The position numbers and the translations under genes were made by a program. This document shows, piece after piece, positions 1 through 9,136 of a stretch of 64,000 nucleotides of DNA. The notes below the pieces were generated by a model, which was not told the origin of the DNA, made no database searches, and was given only the letters and a program-made list of their open reading frames with translations. Position 1 is the first letter of the stretch. Each line of letters opens with the position of its first letter. Source of the DNA: Bacillota bacterium (GTDB taxonomy: Bacteria; Bacillota; JAAYKD01); the NCBI GenBank assembly GCA_963666425.2, contig OY762825.2, forward strand, positions 1,824,001 to 1,888,000, in the 5' to 3' direction.

Positions 1-2
1 CT

Positions 3-884
3 GTCCTGGACGAGATCGACAAAAAAATCACAGAGAACATCCGAGCTGATGAACTGGCGCGCACGGTGAATTATTCTGTTTACCATTTCTGTCGGTTATT
101 CATGGCTCTGACCGGGACGCCGGTTATGAACTATGTGATCCGACGCAAATTGGAATACGCCTTGTATGATTTGTCGCAGGACAGGCGGATTTTAGACGTG
201 GCGATGGAGTATGGCTTTGAAACACACGCGGGATTCACGAAAGCCTTTAAAAAATGCTTCGGATATCCTCCATCAGTGTATCGTCTGCACATTACGGCTA
301 AACCGCCGGAAAGAGCGACAATCGCCAGCGTAATATTGAAATATGGAGGGATTACAGTGCAGGTTCAAATCAGAGAATTACCATCCTTTGCGATTGTCGG
401 TGTGATCAGTCAGCATGTTTTATCGAATGTAAAAAGAAGCGCCGATATACCGGCTTATTGGAACACGATTGCCATGGATTATGGTAAGCATTTATCCAGA
501 TTATACGATGCTTTTACTCCAGCTGTTCACGGCGAATTCGGCCTCTGCTTCAATGTGGATGATATGACCGGCGAATTTACCTATCTGCTTGGCGTAACAT
601 TCGATCATGAGGCTGACAACGCGAAAATCGAAGCGGACATGCGGAAAGTGGAAATGAAAGGCGGCTTATATGCTGTATTTACGACACCGAAAGTGCCGAA
701 TGAGCAATACCCAAAAGCCATTGCAGAGACATGGGGAGAAATACTGACCCGCTGGCTGCCGGAGTCTAATTACGAGTATGATGAAACACGTTTAGATTTC
801 GAGGCTTATGATGAACGCGATCACGCCTGGCTGCACAACGGTATGGTTCAGATGGATATTTGTCTGCCAATCCGCGAACGCTAG
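3..884 (+). CDS. AraC-family transcriptional regulator with C-terminal GyrI-like ligand-binding domain (5'-truncated by window edge)
   Basis: Frame open from position 3 (VLDEIDKKITENIRADELARTVNYS...); AraC HTH signature ILDVAMEYGFETHAGFTKAFKKCFGYPPSVYR; GyrI-like end GGLYAVFT...WLPESNYE...DFEAYD...DICLPI. Confidence 0.9.
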   Translation, partial: VLDEIDKKITENIRADELARTVNYSVYHFCRLFMALTGTPVMNYVIRRKLEYALYDLSQDRRILDVAMEYGFETHAGFTKAFKKCFGYPPSVYRLHITAKPPERATIASVILKYGGITVQVQIRELPSFAIVGVISQHVLSNVKRSADIPAYWNTIAMDYGKHLSRLYDAFTPAVHGEFGLCFNVDDMTGEFTYLLGVTFDHEADNAKIEADMRKVEMKGGLYAVFTTPKVPNEQYPKAIAETWGEILTRWLPESNYEYDETRLDFEAYDERDHAWLHNGMVQMDICLPIRER

Positions 885-895
885 ACAGGGCGGTC

Positions 896-938
896 AAGCA
901 GGAGCTGTTCTGATGTAGAGAGCAGCTCCTGCTTTTTG
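896..938 (+). terminator. Rho-independent terminator
   Basis: AAGCAGGAGCTG...CAGCTCCTGCTT stem followed by T-run just after the stop at 884. Confidence 0.85.
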
Positions 939-1144
939 TAATAAAAAACCGTCTGTTAATCGGGTGGAAACAACTGTTTTAACCCCGGGAAAGCAGCTTT
1001 TCTGCGATATTCAGAGATGGTTTGCTAATTATGTAGTATGCGCGGTCGTAGAGGTTACCAGATAGAAAACATGCCTGCACCCAGAATTTTCTGTTTTATT
1101 TTTAGTAGGCAGCTTTTTTTTTGACCATAAATAATGTATATTAT

Positions 1145-1306
1145 TGGTGACGAAACGCAGCGAATTCGGAGAACCGGTGAGCGGCAGACCGAGGAAACCA
1201 CAAAGACGATAACCTGAAGTGAAAGTGGAGACCTGCTAAATTCAAACAGTCAGGTAAATTTGCCGTCCGTGTGAAAACTAAATTAAAGTGCCGATCCCAG
1301 TTGCCA
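1145..1306 (+). ncRNA. Candidate structured RNA or leader upstream of aac(6'), family unassigned
   Basis: Nested pairings 1145-1151/1300-1306, 1181-1188/1259-1266 and 1231-1235/1251-1255 in a 480-bp intergenic gap. No family recognised. Confidence 0.35.
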
Positions 1307-1365
1307 CAAAATCGAGAGAAAGAAAATGAAGCCCGTTTTCTGGACTTCATGAGGTAAGGTGATTT

Positions 1366-1827
1366 ATGACAATTCTACGCGCACAGAGTTCCAATCTGAC
1401 CGAATGGGTAAAATTAGCTGCTCTCTTGTTTGGTGAGCATTCTTTTGCAGAACTCTATGAAGAGTACGAGAAATTTCTGACCACAGAAAAGGAAATCGGC
1501 TTTCTCTATGAGCAGGAGGGCAGCATGGTTGCATTTTTAAATCTCTCGATCCGCCATGATTATGTGAATGGCTGCCAAACCTCGCCGGTAGCTTATCTGG
1601 AGGCGCTTTATGTCCTGCCGGCATACCGCAGACGCGGAATCGGCCGCGATCTGATCGCACAGGCGGAGTCTTTCGCCAGAGCAAAAGGGATCACGCAACT
1701 GGCTTCCGATTGTCGTTTGGAGAACACAGCCAGCGCTTTGCTGCACCAACGTTGTGGTTTTCAGGAGAAGGAACGCATCATCTGTTTTGTGAAAAACATA
1801 GGAACTGAAGCAGGCAGCATTTATTAA
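1366..1827 (+). CDS. aac(6')-I: Aminoglycoside 6'-N-acetyltransferase, AAC(6')-I type GNAT
   Basis: Family motifs IRHDYVNGCQTSPVAYLEALYV, RRRGIG (AcCoA binding) and LASDC...N.AS...H...GFQE.ERIICF; RBS GAGGTAAGGTG. Confidence 0.88.
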   Translation: MTILRAQSSNLTEWVKLAALLFGEHSFAELYEEYEKFLTTEKEIGFLYEQEGSMVAFLNLSIRHDYVNGCQTSPVAYLEALYVLPAYRRRGIGRDLIAQAESFARAKGITQLASDCRLENTASALLHQRCGFQEKERIICFVKNIGTEAGSIY

Positions 1828-1983
1828 TTCGAGCTTTTTCACAGGAGGATCTCCATCGCATCATTGGATCGATTTGTCTGTCGGAATCAGCGCATCTATT
1901 GTCAGTTTTCTTCCTTTATGCTATCATAACGCCAGCAGTGAAAATCTGGCATCAACAGAAAAGTAAGCAAGGAGGAAAATAAG

Positions 1984-2958
1984 ATGAAGGAAGAGCTGCT
2001 GCGAACCTATTATGCCAAGAGAGGTTTCAGCGATTTAGCCACGGAAGGCGCAGTGAGCGCGGTCAAAACACTTGAAAATGCGTTAATGGAAAAGCAGCGA
2101 ACTCTAGAAGAAGTAACCGTGGCTGATATTCGGGAGCATGTCAAAACGCTGATTGCAACCGATAGAAATACGATCGATCATCTGCAGGCTTTGGCACGCT
2201 ATTTTTACCTGACAGACCGCAAAGATATCTACATCTATTTTACCTCCCTCACCGGTGGCTATGGCGTGATCGATAGTATCACGGATCGTCTTGGTCGGAT
2301 TGTGGATAAAGCAACGGCAGAAACAGTGAGTCAAACGGTCGTGAGCCCGCCGTTGGGGACAGAACCGCACGAGTATCCCGATTTCACCAGAGATTTTATG
2401 CGGCAGTTGGACGAAAAATTGCCCTCGAAAACGGTGTGTCAAATTTTAGCGGGCAACAATCACGGCGTCCCCAGAGAAGTTTTTTTACAGGAAAAAGCAA
2501 ATTACGAAAAAGCAGATTCGCTGGATGAATTTTTGTCTGACTACCATCGGCGTAAAGTAGCCGAATTGCAGGAGTTTTGCGATCAAAAAAAAGTGTGGTA
2601 TGAACAGACAATCAGCCAAAATGTAGTGGACTTTGTGGCTGCTAACCAGGAAATCTTATCCGCTGTGCGGCAGGGCGATTGCTTATATGTGACAAAAATT
2701 CCGTATGATCCGGATACTTATCTCAAAACAGAAGACCCTGTCAGCAAACGCTATCTGGCTTGCCATTGCCCCTTCGTCAAAGAAGCGATCAAACAGGGTA
2801 GGACGGATATCTCACCCCATTGGTGCTATTGCAGCGCAGGTTTTGAGAAGTTTCCCTTTGAAGTAATTTTAGATCAGGAAATGAGTGCCGAGGTCCTGCA
2901 ATCCGCCTTACAGGGGGATGCACTTTGCAGATTCGCCATCCATCTGCCGTCTAAATGA
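1984..2958 (+). CDS. Hypothetical protein: integrase core-binding (SAM-like) N-terminus plus Cys-rich V4R/DUF6144-like C-terminus
   Basis: RBS AAGGAGG; C-terminal CHCPF, WCYCSAG and CRFAI motifs; N-terminal TLEEVTVADIREHVKTL pattern. Confidence 0.65.
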   Translation: MKEELLRTYYAKRGFSDLATEGAVSAVKTLENALMEKQRTLEEVTVADIREHVKTLIATDRNTIDHLQALARYFYLTDRKDIYIYFTSLTGGYGVIDSITDRLGRIVDKATAETVSQTVVSPPLGTEPHEYPDFTRDFMRQLDEKLPSKTVCQILAGNNHGVPREVFLQEKANYEKADSLDEFLSDYHRRKVAELQEFCDQKKVWYEQTISQNVVDFVAANQEILSAVRQGDCLYVTKIPYDPDTYLKTEDPVSKRYLACHCPFVKEAIKQGRTDISPHWCYCSAGFEKFPFEVILDQEMSAEVLQSALQGDALCRFAIHLPSK

Positions 2959-3052
2959 GCTTTTTTGACAGTTTAGTGGAATGATTCTATTTTTCAACAA
3001 AGCGCACGAGCAAATTGACTCCGGTATCGGAAGAAGAAGCAGGGGTAAAGTT

Positions 3053-4159
3053 ATGGAACATAAAGGAACCGTCAGTTTGACAACCAACCGATTATTGCTT
3101 CGGCGATTTAACATGAACGACACAGAAGCAATGTATGACAACTGGGCAAGTGATCCGGAGGTCACTAGATATTTAATGTGGCAACCTCATTCTTCCCGCG
3201 ATGAGACGAAGCGAATTCTTGGACTGTGGCTGAATCACTACGGGGAAAATACATTTTATCAATGGGCAATTTGCTTTCAGAGCAAGCCAGAAGAACCCAT
3301 TGGCAGCATCAGTATTGTTCGTCAGGATGAACTTGCCGCATCGGTACATATCGGTTACTGTATCGGCAGGAAATGGTGGCATCAGGGGATTACAACTGAA
3401 GCGCTGGCTGCTGTGATTCGTTTCAGCTTTGAAGAACTGCGGGCCAACCGGGTGGAATCACGACATGATCCGCGCAATCCGAATTCCGGCAAAGTCATGG
3501 CAAAGTGCGGTATGAACTATGAAGCCACGATTCGTCAGAGTGATTGGAACTGCCAGGGAATCTGCGATACAGTTTTGTATGGTTTGTTGGCAGAGGAATA
3601 CTTCAGCACAACAGACGGCCAAGCCACAGAATCAATGGCATTGCTTGTGGTAGATATGCAGAAAGCGCTTCTGGAGGCACAGCCCTACGACGCAGATCAG
3701 GTGATCCAACGCATTCAGGCTCTGCTGACTGCGGCGCGTGCGAATCACAAAGAAGTGATTTTTATTCGCCACACGGAGCAAGTGGGTGGGGTCTTGGCGG
3801 AAGGCAGTGAGGGTTGGCAGATTGACTCGAGGTTGGAACCATTAGCCAATGAACGTATCTTCGATAAACTGTATAACAGTGCGTTTTATCAAACCGGCTT
3901 AAAACAGTATTTGGATCATGGAAAGATGCGGACCATCCTTTTGGTGGGTATGCAGACGGAATACTGCATTGATGCAACCTGCAAGAGCGCTTTCGAACAA
4001 GGATTTAAAGTGATCATTCCGGAAGGCTGCAATACAACGTATAGCAATCAGATTCTCTCCGCTGAGAAGCTGATTTGGTTTTATAATACAGACATTTGGT
4101 ATCATTTTGCTCAAGTCTTGCCGTTGACTGCAGTAATTGATTTACTGGAAAAACCATAA
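3053..4159 (+). CDS. RimJ/RimL-type GNAT fused to isochorismatase-family cysteine hydrolase
   Basis: N-half LTTNRLLLRRF...IGYCIGRKWWHQGITTEA...NPNSGKVMAKCGM; C-half ALLVVDMQ (Asp), FDK (Lys), GMQTEYCID (Cys). Start moved to ATG 3053 after AGGGG RBS. Confidence 0.85.
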   Translation: MEHKGTVSLTTNRLLLRRFNMNDTEAMYDNWASDPEVTRYLMWQPHSSRDETKRILGLWLNHYGENTFYQWAICFQSKPEEPIGSISIVRQDELAASVHIGYCIGRKWWHQGITTEALAAVIRFSFEELRANRVESRHDPRNPNSGKVMAKCGMNYEATIRQSDWNCQGICDTVLYGLLAEEYFSTTDGQATESMALLVVDMQKALLEAQPYDADQVIQRIQALLTAARANHKEVIFIRHTEQVGGVLAEGSEGWQIDSRLEPLANERIFDKLYNSAFYQTGLKQYLDHGKMRTILLVGMQTEYCIDATCKSAFEQGFKVIIPEGCNTTYSNQILSAEKLIWFYNTDIWYHFAQVLPLTAVIDLLEKP

Positions 4160-4276
4160 AACAGCCAGAAGCGCTGCGGCAAGCTGACGGTTTTTGATCG
4201 CTCAGCTTTGAGGGGAGGACGTGTTGGGATCCACGCCGAAAGAAGAGGGAAACAAAATGGCTGGGAGGAACACAGT

Positions 4277-4981
4277 TTGAGCAGAACGATACCTGGACTT
4301 TTGATCGCATTTTTCGGCGCGTTTCTTTGTGCGATGGATATTTTCGCTGTGATCAACAGCGGCTTTGATCTGACTTGTCTGATGGGTTTTTTGATGGGCG
4401 GCGGTATCTTATATTTCGGTCTGTTCCTGGCGACCTGGGAAGCCCGGCAGCGTAAAGCGGATCGGAAAATTTCCGAAGAATATCGCCGAAATTTCGTTGG
4501 CAAGATGCAAAGTGAAGGTTTTCAACCGCGACCGACGCTCGCTTTTCAGAAGAATGAATTTGCTCAGGATAAGTATGCGGTCTATTTTAAATTGGATGAT
4601 TCAGAATTAAAACTTGTTGTCAATAAGGGCTTCGGCAAACCGCAGGAGCTCGAGATTGATCAGGGTGTCTTGTCGGATTTGGCTTGCTCTGCGGTTTTAC
4701 GTTATAAAAATGGCGCTACTCTCAAACTGGAGTTGGAGGGAGCATCGCTTGGCGAGCAGCTTGCCGCCAAATTGGCTGCCGAAGCCATCAAAAACCATTA
4801 TCTGATTGTGCAGCTGACAATTTGCTTGGATTGGTGTTCCGGTGAAAGCTTGAGTCTGACGATTTTGGAAAATTGCCGAAATGATGCTGCTCAGGTCGCA
4901 GAGGCTTGTGCTTTCCTCAGTTCTTGGCAGCATGAGTTGATCAGCAGAGGCTTTTTGCAAAAATACGCAAACCTTGCATAA
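4277..4981 (+). CDS. Hypothetical membrane protein (two N-terminal TM helices)
   Basis: GGAGG precedes TTG 4277; hydrophobic segments GLLIAFFGAFLCAMDIFAVI and LMGFLMGGGILYFGLFLA; followed by terminator. Confidence 0.7.
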   Translation: MSRTIPGLLIAFFGAFLCAMDIFAVINSGFDLTCLMGFLMGGGILYFGLFLATWEARQRKADRKISEEYRRNFVGKMQSEGFQPRPTLAFQKNEFAQDKYAVYFKLDDSELKLVVNKGFGKPQELEIDQGVLSDLACSAVLRYKNGATLKLELEGASLGEQLAAKLAAEAIKNHYLIVQLTICLDWCSGESLSLTILENCRNDAAQVAEACAFLSSWQHELISRGFLQKYANLA

Positions 4982-4982
4982 A

Positions 4983-5024
4983 AACAGGACACCCATCTCT
5001 TGGATTTGAGACGGGTGTCCTGTT
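4983..5024. terminator. Bidirectional terminator hairpin between convergent genes
   Basis: AACAGGACACCC...GGGTGTCCTGTT inverted repeat between stops at 4981 (+) and 5045 (-). Confidence 0.8.
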
Positions 5025-5044
5025 AAGAACGGTGACAGATGAGC

Positions 5045-6223
5045 CTAGATTTTTTTGATGATCTGCAGATACATCCGGCAGGCGTCGTTGATTTGACTGA
5101 TCTCACAGTTTTCATCTCTCATGTGCGCCAGTTTATAGTCGCCGGGACCAAAGCCGATGGTTGGAATGCCCATGCTAACCGGTGTGATGGCATTGGTACC
5201 GAAATCCCAGAACTCATACTGAGCCGGCAGACTGCCGAAGACCGATTGATAAGCTTGCCGGCAAACGCGTGTCAATTCGTCTGCTGTATCAATCCGCCAG
5301 GGATTATGCATGGGCTGATAGACCAGCTTGGCACCTTTCCAAGTGGTATGATACAGCGTACCGACTTGCCAGGAGGCATTTTTCCCGCTGATCAGCTGCT
5401 GCATTTCTGCTTCTACCTGATCTAAGGTTTCTCCCCAGGGCAAACGGCGATCCAGGTAAATACTGCATTCGCTGGGAACCGCATTGAGTGAGGCGCTGAC
5501 GCAGGAGATATCGGATAAAACGATCGTGCCATGCGGCGCCGCTGCAGCGGACAGTTTCAGATTCAACGCTTCGACGCGCTGGATGATTTCTGCCATTTCA
5601 TACACCGCGTTGATGCCTTTTTCCGGTGCTGAACCATGAGCGGAGACGCCGTGGGTGGTGATGCGCAGCTGCGCTTTGCCTTTGTGGCCCAGACAAATCA
5701 GGTTATTGGAAGGCTCGCAAATGATAACATAATCCGGTTTCAGCTGGAACTGCTGATAGAAATGTTTCAGATTCTCGCCATCGCAGTATTCTTCACAGAT
5801 ACTGCCGGTGACATAGACAGTCTTATTTTCCAGGTATCCCAATTGTTTGGCGAAAGCTGCCGCATAAACAGAAGCACCCAGAGCGGATTTCATATCAACA
5901 GAGCCACGGCCATAGAGCCTGCCATCGACGATTTTGCCGCTGAAGGGAGCCACCTGCCATTGCTCGGCATCCATGACTTGGACGGTATCCAAATGTGAAT
6001 CGAAATGGATGACTTTTTGGCCGCTGCCGATGCGTCCCACCACATTGCCGACCTCGTCAATCAGTACTTCATCAAAACCAAGCCTCTCCATCTGCCGCAG
6101 CAGGAAATGAGCAAAATCAGCTTCCTGATCGGAATAGCTTTTGATCTGAACGGACTTTTGGATGAAATCGATCATCTCAGGGGAATTTTGGCATAAGAGT
6201 GTTTCCATTGCGGAATCGTTCAT
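5045..6223 (-). CDS. ygeY: YgeY-family M20 metallohydrolase
   Basis: M20 motifs DSHLDTV, GRGSVDMK, EEYCDG, ICEPS, GVSAHGSAPEKG; YgeY-like WDFGTNA and GFGPG...AH; ATG 6223 with AAGGAGG RBS. Confidence 0.8.
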   Translation of the reverse strand: MNDSAMETLLCQNSPEMIDFIQKSVQIKSYSDQEADFAHFLLRQMERLGFDEVLIDEVGNVVGRIGSGQKVIHFDSHLDTVQVMDAEQWQVAPFSGKIVDGRLYGRGSVDMKSALGASVYAAAFAKQLGYLENKTVYVTGSICEEYCDGENLKHFYQQFQLKPDYVIICEPSNNLICLGHKGKAQLRITTHGVSAHGSAPEKGINAVYEMAEIIQRVEALNLKLSAAAAPHGTIVLSDISCVSASLNAVPSECSIYLDRRLPWGETLDQVEAEMQQLISGKNASWQVGTLYHTTWKGAKLVYQPMHNPWRIDTADELTRVCRQAYQSVFGSLPAQYEFWDFGTNAITPVSMGIPTIGFGPGDYKLAHMRDENCEISQINDACRMYLQIIKKI

Positions 6224-6297
6224 AGTCTGTCCCTCCTTGCATGTGTATAATAAAAGGTAAAAGTCTTCGTATTGATGACTGAAAAGTGCTGAGGCAC

Positions 6298-6326
6298 TTG
6301 ACAGACGCTTTTGCTCATTGTATAAT
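6298..6326 (+). promoter_or_regulatory. Sigma-A promoter of the tyrS leader
   Basis: Perfect TTGACA (6298-6303), 17-nt spacer, TATAAT (6321-6326). Confidence 0.9.
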
Positions 6327-6379
6327 AACATAATTTAACAAAGATAGACAAGAATTCATATTTCATATCAAGAAAAAAA

Positions 6380-6661
6380 GCTGAGATCAGAAGAAGTAAT
6401 AATCAAATCTCCAAACAGAAAGAAGCCGGCTGATGAGAGGCTCATGGAGCATGATTATGAATACGTCTGGGAGCTGCGCACCGAACGGATTTATCCCAGT
6501 AGGCTGCGACGGAGTGGCGCTCCGTGATCGAGTGCCGGAGTATTTCCCACTGTGGAGGGCGTACTCGCTAAGGTAAGCAATGTGAGTTGCTTATAAACAG
6601 AAGGTGGCAACACGAGGTTTGAATCTCGTCCGTTTGAAAAACAAACGGACGTTTTTTTTTT
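6380..6661 (+). ncRNA. T-box riboswitch, Tyr specifier
   Basis: Stem I elements (AGTA, GCTGATGAGAG), specifier GAA-TAC with Tyr codon TAC at 6462-6464, T-box AAGGTGGCAACACG at 6601-6614, terminator CGTCCGTTTG/CAAACGGACG 6627-6651 plus T-run; directly upstream of tyrS. Confidence 0.93.
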
Positions 6662-6701
6662 ATACTTTCACAAGAAAAACACAGTAAGGAGAGGGTCAGC
6701 G

Positions 6702-7913
6702 ATGTTAACACCCCAAGAACAGATGCGAATCATCTGCAAAGGAGTCCACCTGATGGTGAATGAAGAGGAACTGCTGGTGAAATTAATCCATTCCTATGAG
6801 CAGAACAGGCCATTGATTGTTAAGCTGGGATTGGATCCCTCGGCACCTGATATTCATCTGGGGCATGCTGTTGTTTTGCGTAAAATGAAGCAAATGCAGG
6901 ACCTTGGTCACCAAGCAGTGATTGTGATCGGTGATTTCACCGGAAAAATCGGTGATCCGACCGGCAAGGCCAAGGGCAGAGCGGCTTTGAGCGACGAGCA
7001 GGTGAAAGCAAATTCCGCAACCTACTGCGAACAGATTTTTAAGATTCTGGACAAAGAGAAAACAGAAGTTCGCTACAACAGCGAATGGCTGGCCAAGTTG
7101 AATTTGCAGCAGGCGATTCAGCTCGCGGCTTCAGCAACCGTGGCGAGAATTTTGGAGCGGGATGATTTTCAGAACAGGTATCAGAATCAGGTAGCGATCG
7201 GCATTCATGAATTCTTCTATCCGCTGATGCAGGCTTATGACTCGGTGGCGTTGCAGGCGGATATTGAGATCGGCGGAACGGATCAGACTTTTAATGTTCT
7301 GATGGGCCGCACCGTGCAGAGAGATTATGGGCAAGAACAACAGATTGCCTTGTTTATGCCTATTTTAGAAGGTTTGGATGGCGTAGCAAAAATGAGTAAG
7401 AGCTTGGGTAATTATATCGGGATCAGTGAGCCTGCCGAAGTGATGTTTAAAAAGGTAATGGAAGTACCGGATCATCTGATCATTCGTTTTTTTGAATTGG
7501 CTACCGACGAGCACCCCGATTCGATCGATCAAATCAAAGCGGAATTGAGCAGCGGGGTGAATCCGCGCGATGTCAAATACCGCCTGGCACAAATCATCAC
7601 CGGCTTATACCACGGCGCTGAGGGGATGGCTAACGCAAAGCAGTATTATGATACTGCTTTCGCGAAAAAGGAGATCCCTGAACAAATGCCGGAATTCAGC
7701 CTGACCGCCAATCAGGCAACTCTGTTTGAGCTCATTCCGCAGTTGATTGCGATCGGTTTTGTGAAAAGCAAGAGTGATTTCCTGCGTCTGCTGCAGCAGG
7801 GTGCCATCCAAATTAACGGTGAGAAAATTCAAGTGCAGGATCCTTTGCCGCTCTTAGCCGATCGGGATGTTGTTAAAATTGGCAAAAAAAGATTCATCAG
7901 AATCCGGCTTTAG
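6702..7913 (+). CDS. tyrS: Tyrosine--tRNA ligase
   Basis: KLGLDPSAPDIHLGH (HIGH-like), YPLMQAYD, GGTDQTFN, KMSKS, C-terminal S4 domain ending KIGKKRF. Confidence 0.98.
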   Translation: MLTPQEQMRIICKGVHLMVNEEELLVKLIHSYEQNRPLIVKLGLDPSAPDIHLGHAVVLRKMKQMQDLGHQAVIVIGDFTGKIGDPTGKAKGRAALSDEQVKANSATYCEQIFKILDKEKTEVRYNSEWLAKLNLQQAIQLAASATVARILERDDFQNRYQNQVAIGIHEFFYPLMQAYDSVALQADIEIGGTDQTFNVLMGRTVQRDYGQEQQIALFMPILEGLDGVAKMSKSLGNYIGISEPAEVMFKKVMEVPDHLIIRFFELATDEHPDSIDQIKAELSSGVNPRDVKYRLAQIITGLYHGAEGMANAKQYYDTAFAKKEIPEQMPEFSLTANQATLFELIPQLIAIGFVKSKSDFLRLLQQGAIQINGEKIQVQDPLPLLADRDVVKIGKKRFIRIRL

Positions 7914-8121
7914 CCTGACTTGGGCTGAGACGTCACACCAAACACCTCTTCTCACTTTATTTCCATGCTATCAGCCCAGCTTCCTCTCTATTTTGCCTTG
8001 ATCTCATGATTTTGTGGTCACAAAAGAAAAATAGATCTGGCAATTGAAATATGTTGATAGTATACTAAAAGCGCAGTAAAAACCTGTTATCAGTAATCGG
8101 TTAAGAGAAAGGGAGTTGTTT

Positions 8122-8889
8122 ATGCAGAACAAAGTAATCATGATTTTGGTGGACGGGATGCGGCCCGATGCTGTTTTGGCTTGCGGGCATGCTTTTGTGG
8201 ATGAATTGATGCAGAACAGCACTTATACCATGCAAGGCACAACTGTTATGCCTTCCGTTACCTTACCCGTTCATATGTCGTTATTTCATAGCGTTGTGCC
8301 GGAGCGGCACGGTGTGACCACCAATCTTTTTACACCGCAGGTTCGGCCGGTTCCTGGATTATGTGAACAACTCAGCCTGGCTGCCAAGAAAGCTGCGATG
8401 TTTTACACCTGGGATGAATTGCGTGATATCACGCGTCCCAATTCTTTGACCTATTCTTTGCTGATCAATGGGCATAAGAATCGTGATACAGACCATCAAG
8501 TGACGGAAGCTGCTTCGCTTTATATCTTAGCGGAGCAACCGGATTTTGTCTATCTGTATCTCGGTGAAACAGATGATATCGGTCATCGTTATGGTTGGAT
8601 GAGCGAGATGTATTTGCAGACAATTCAGAAGGCGTTTAATTGTATCGAACGGATCTACCGGCAATGGAGTGAGGAATATACTATCATTGTTCTGGCGGAT
8701 CACGGCGGGCATGACAGAGGTCACGGCACTTCGATGGCGGAGGATATGACGGTGCCGCTTTTCTTCTGCGGCAAGGCCTTTGAGAAAAACAGACAGATCA
8801 CTTCGGCCTCTGTGTTGGATATTGCTCCTACCATTGCAAAGCTGCTGGAAGTGCCGCCGGCAGAAGAGTGGGAAGGTAAGGCACTTTAA
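8122..8889 (+). CDS. Alkaline phosphatase superfamily (nucleotide pyrophosphatase/phosphodiesterase-like) protein
   Basis: ILVDGMRPD, PSVTLP (Thr nucleophile), DDIGH and ADHGG metal ligands. Confidence 0.85.
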   Translation: MQNKVIMILVDGMRPDAVLACGHAFVDELMQNSTYTMQGTTVMPSVTLPVHMSLFHSVVPERHGVTTNLFTPQVRPVPGLCEQLSLAAKKAAMFYTWDELRDITRPNSLTYSLLINGHKNRDTDHQVTEAASLYILAEQPDFVYLYLGETDDIGHRYGWMSEMYLQTIQKAFNCIERIYRQWSEEYTIIVLADHGGHDRGHGTSMAEDMTVPLFFCGKAFEKNRQITSASVLDIAPTIAKLLEVPPAEEWEGKAL

Positions 8890-8896
8890 ACAGGAA

Positions 8897-8932
8897 AAAA
8901 AGCATCCACCTCATGCAGGCCGGGTGCTTTTT
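8897..8932 (+). terminator. Rho-independent terminator
   Basis: AAAAAGCATCC...GGGTGCTTTTT stem with T-run. Confidence 0.65.
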
Positions 8933-9050
8933 CTTGTTCTCTACCTATCCGCAGAAAGGTTTCTTTTTTCTATTGTTTTTTAGCTGCTTGACGCTCGTAT
9001 TCGCATCGATTCGAAAGACGTAATCAAGAATATTTTTTTTAAAAAAACAC

Positions 9051-9111
9051 TTGACAAGCGACATTGCTCATGCTAAACTGCTGTTGTGGTTGACTACTGA
9101 AGTAATTAACC
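9051..9111 (+). promoter_or_regulatory. Sigma-A promoter plus probable GntR/YtrA operator
   Basis: TTGACA 9051-9056, 17 nt, TG-n-TAAACT 9074-9079; imperfect dyad GGTTGACTACT-GA-AGTAATTAACC at 9088-9111. Confidence 0.75.
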
Positions 9112-9136
9112 AATTAGCACGAAGGGAGTAATTGCC

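Noticed and set aside
1225-1240. GGAGACCTGC resembling the cobalamin riboswitch B12 box
   Set aside because: The GGGAA and GCCACTG core elements are absent and the downstream gene is unrelated to B12.
1984-2958. Integrase or mobile element call from the SAM-like N-terminus
   Set aside because: No tyrosine-recombinase catalytic residues, att sites or other mobility genes.
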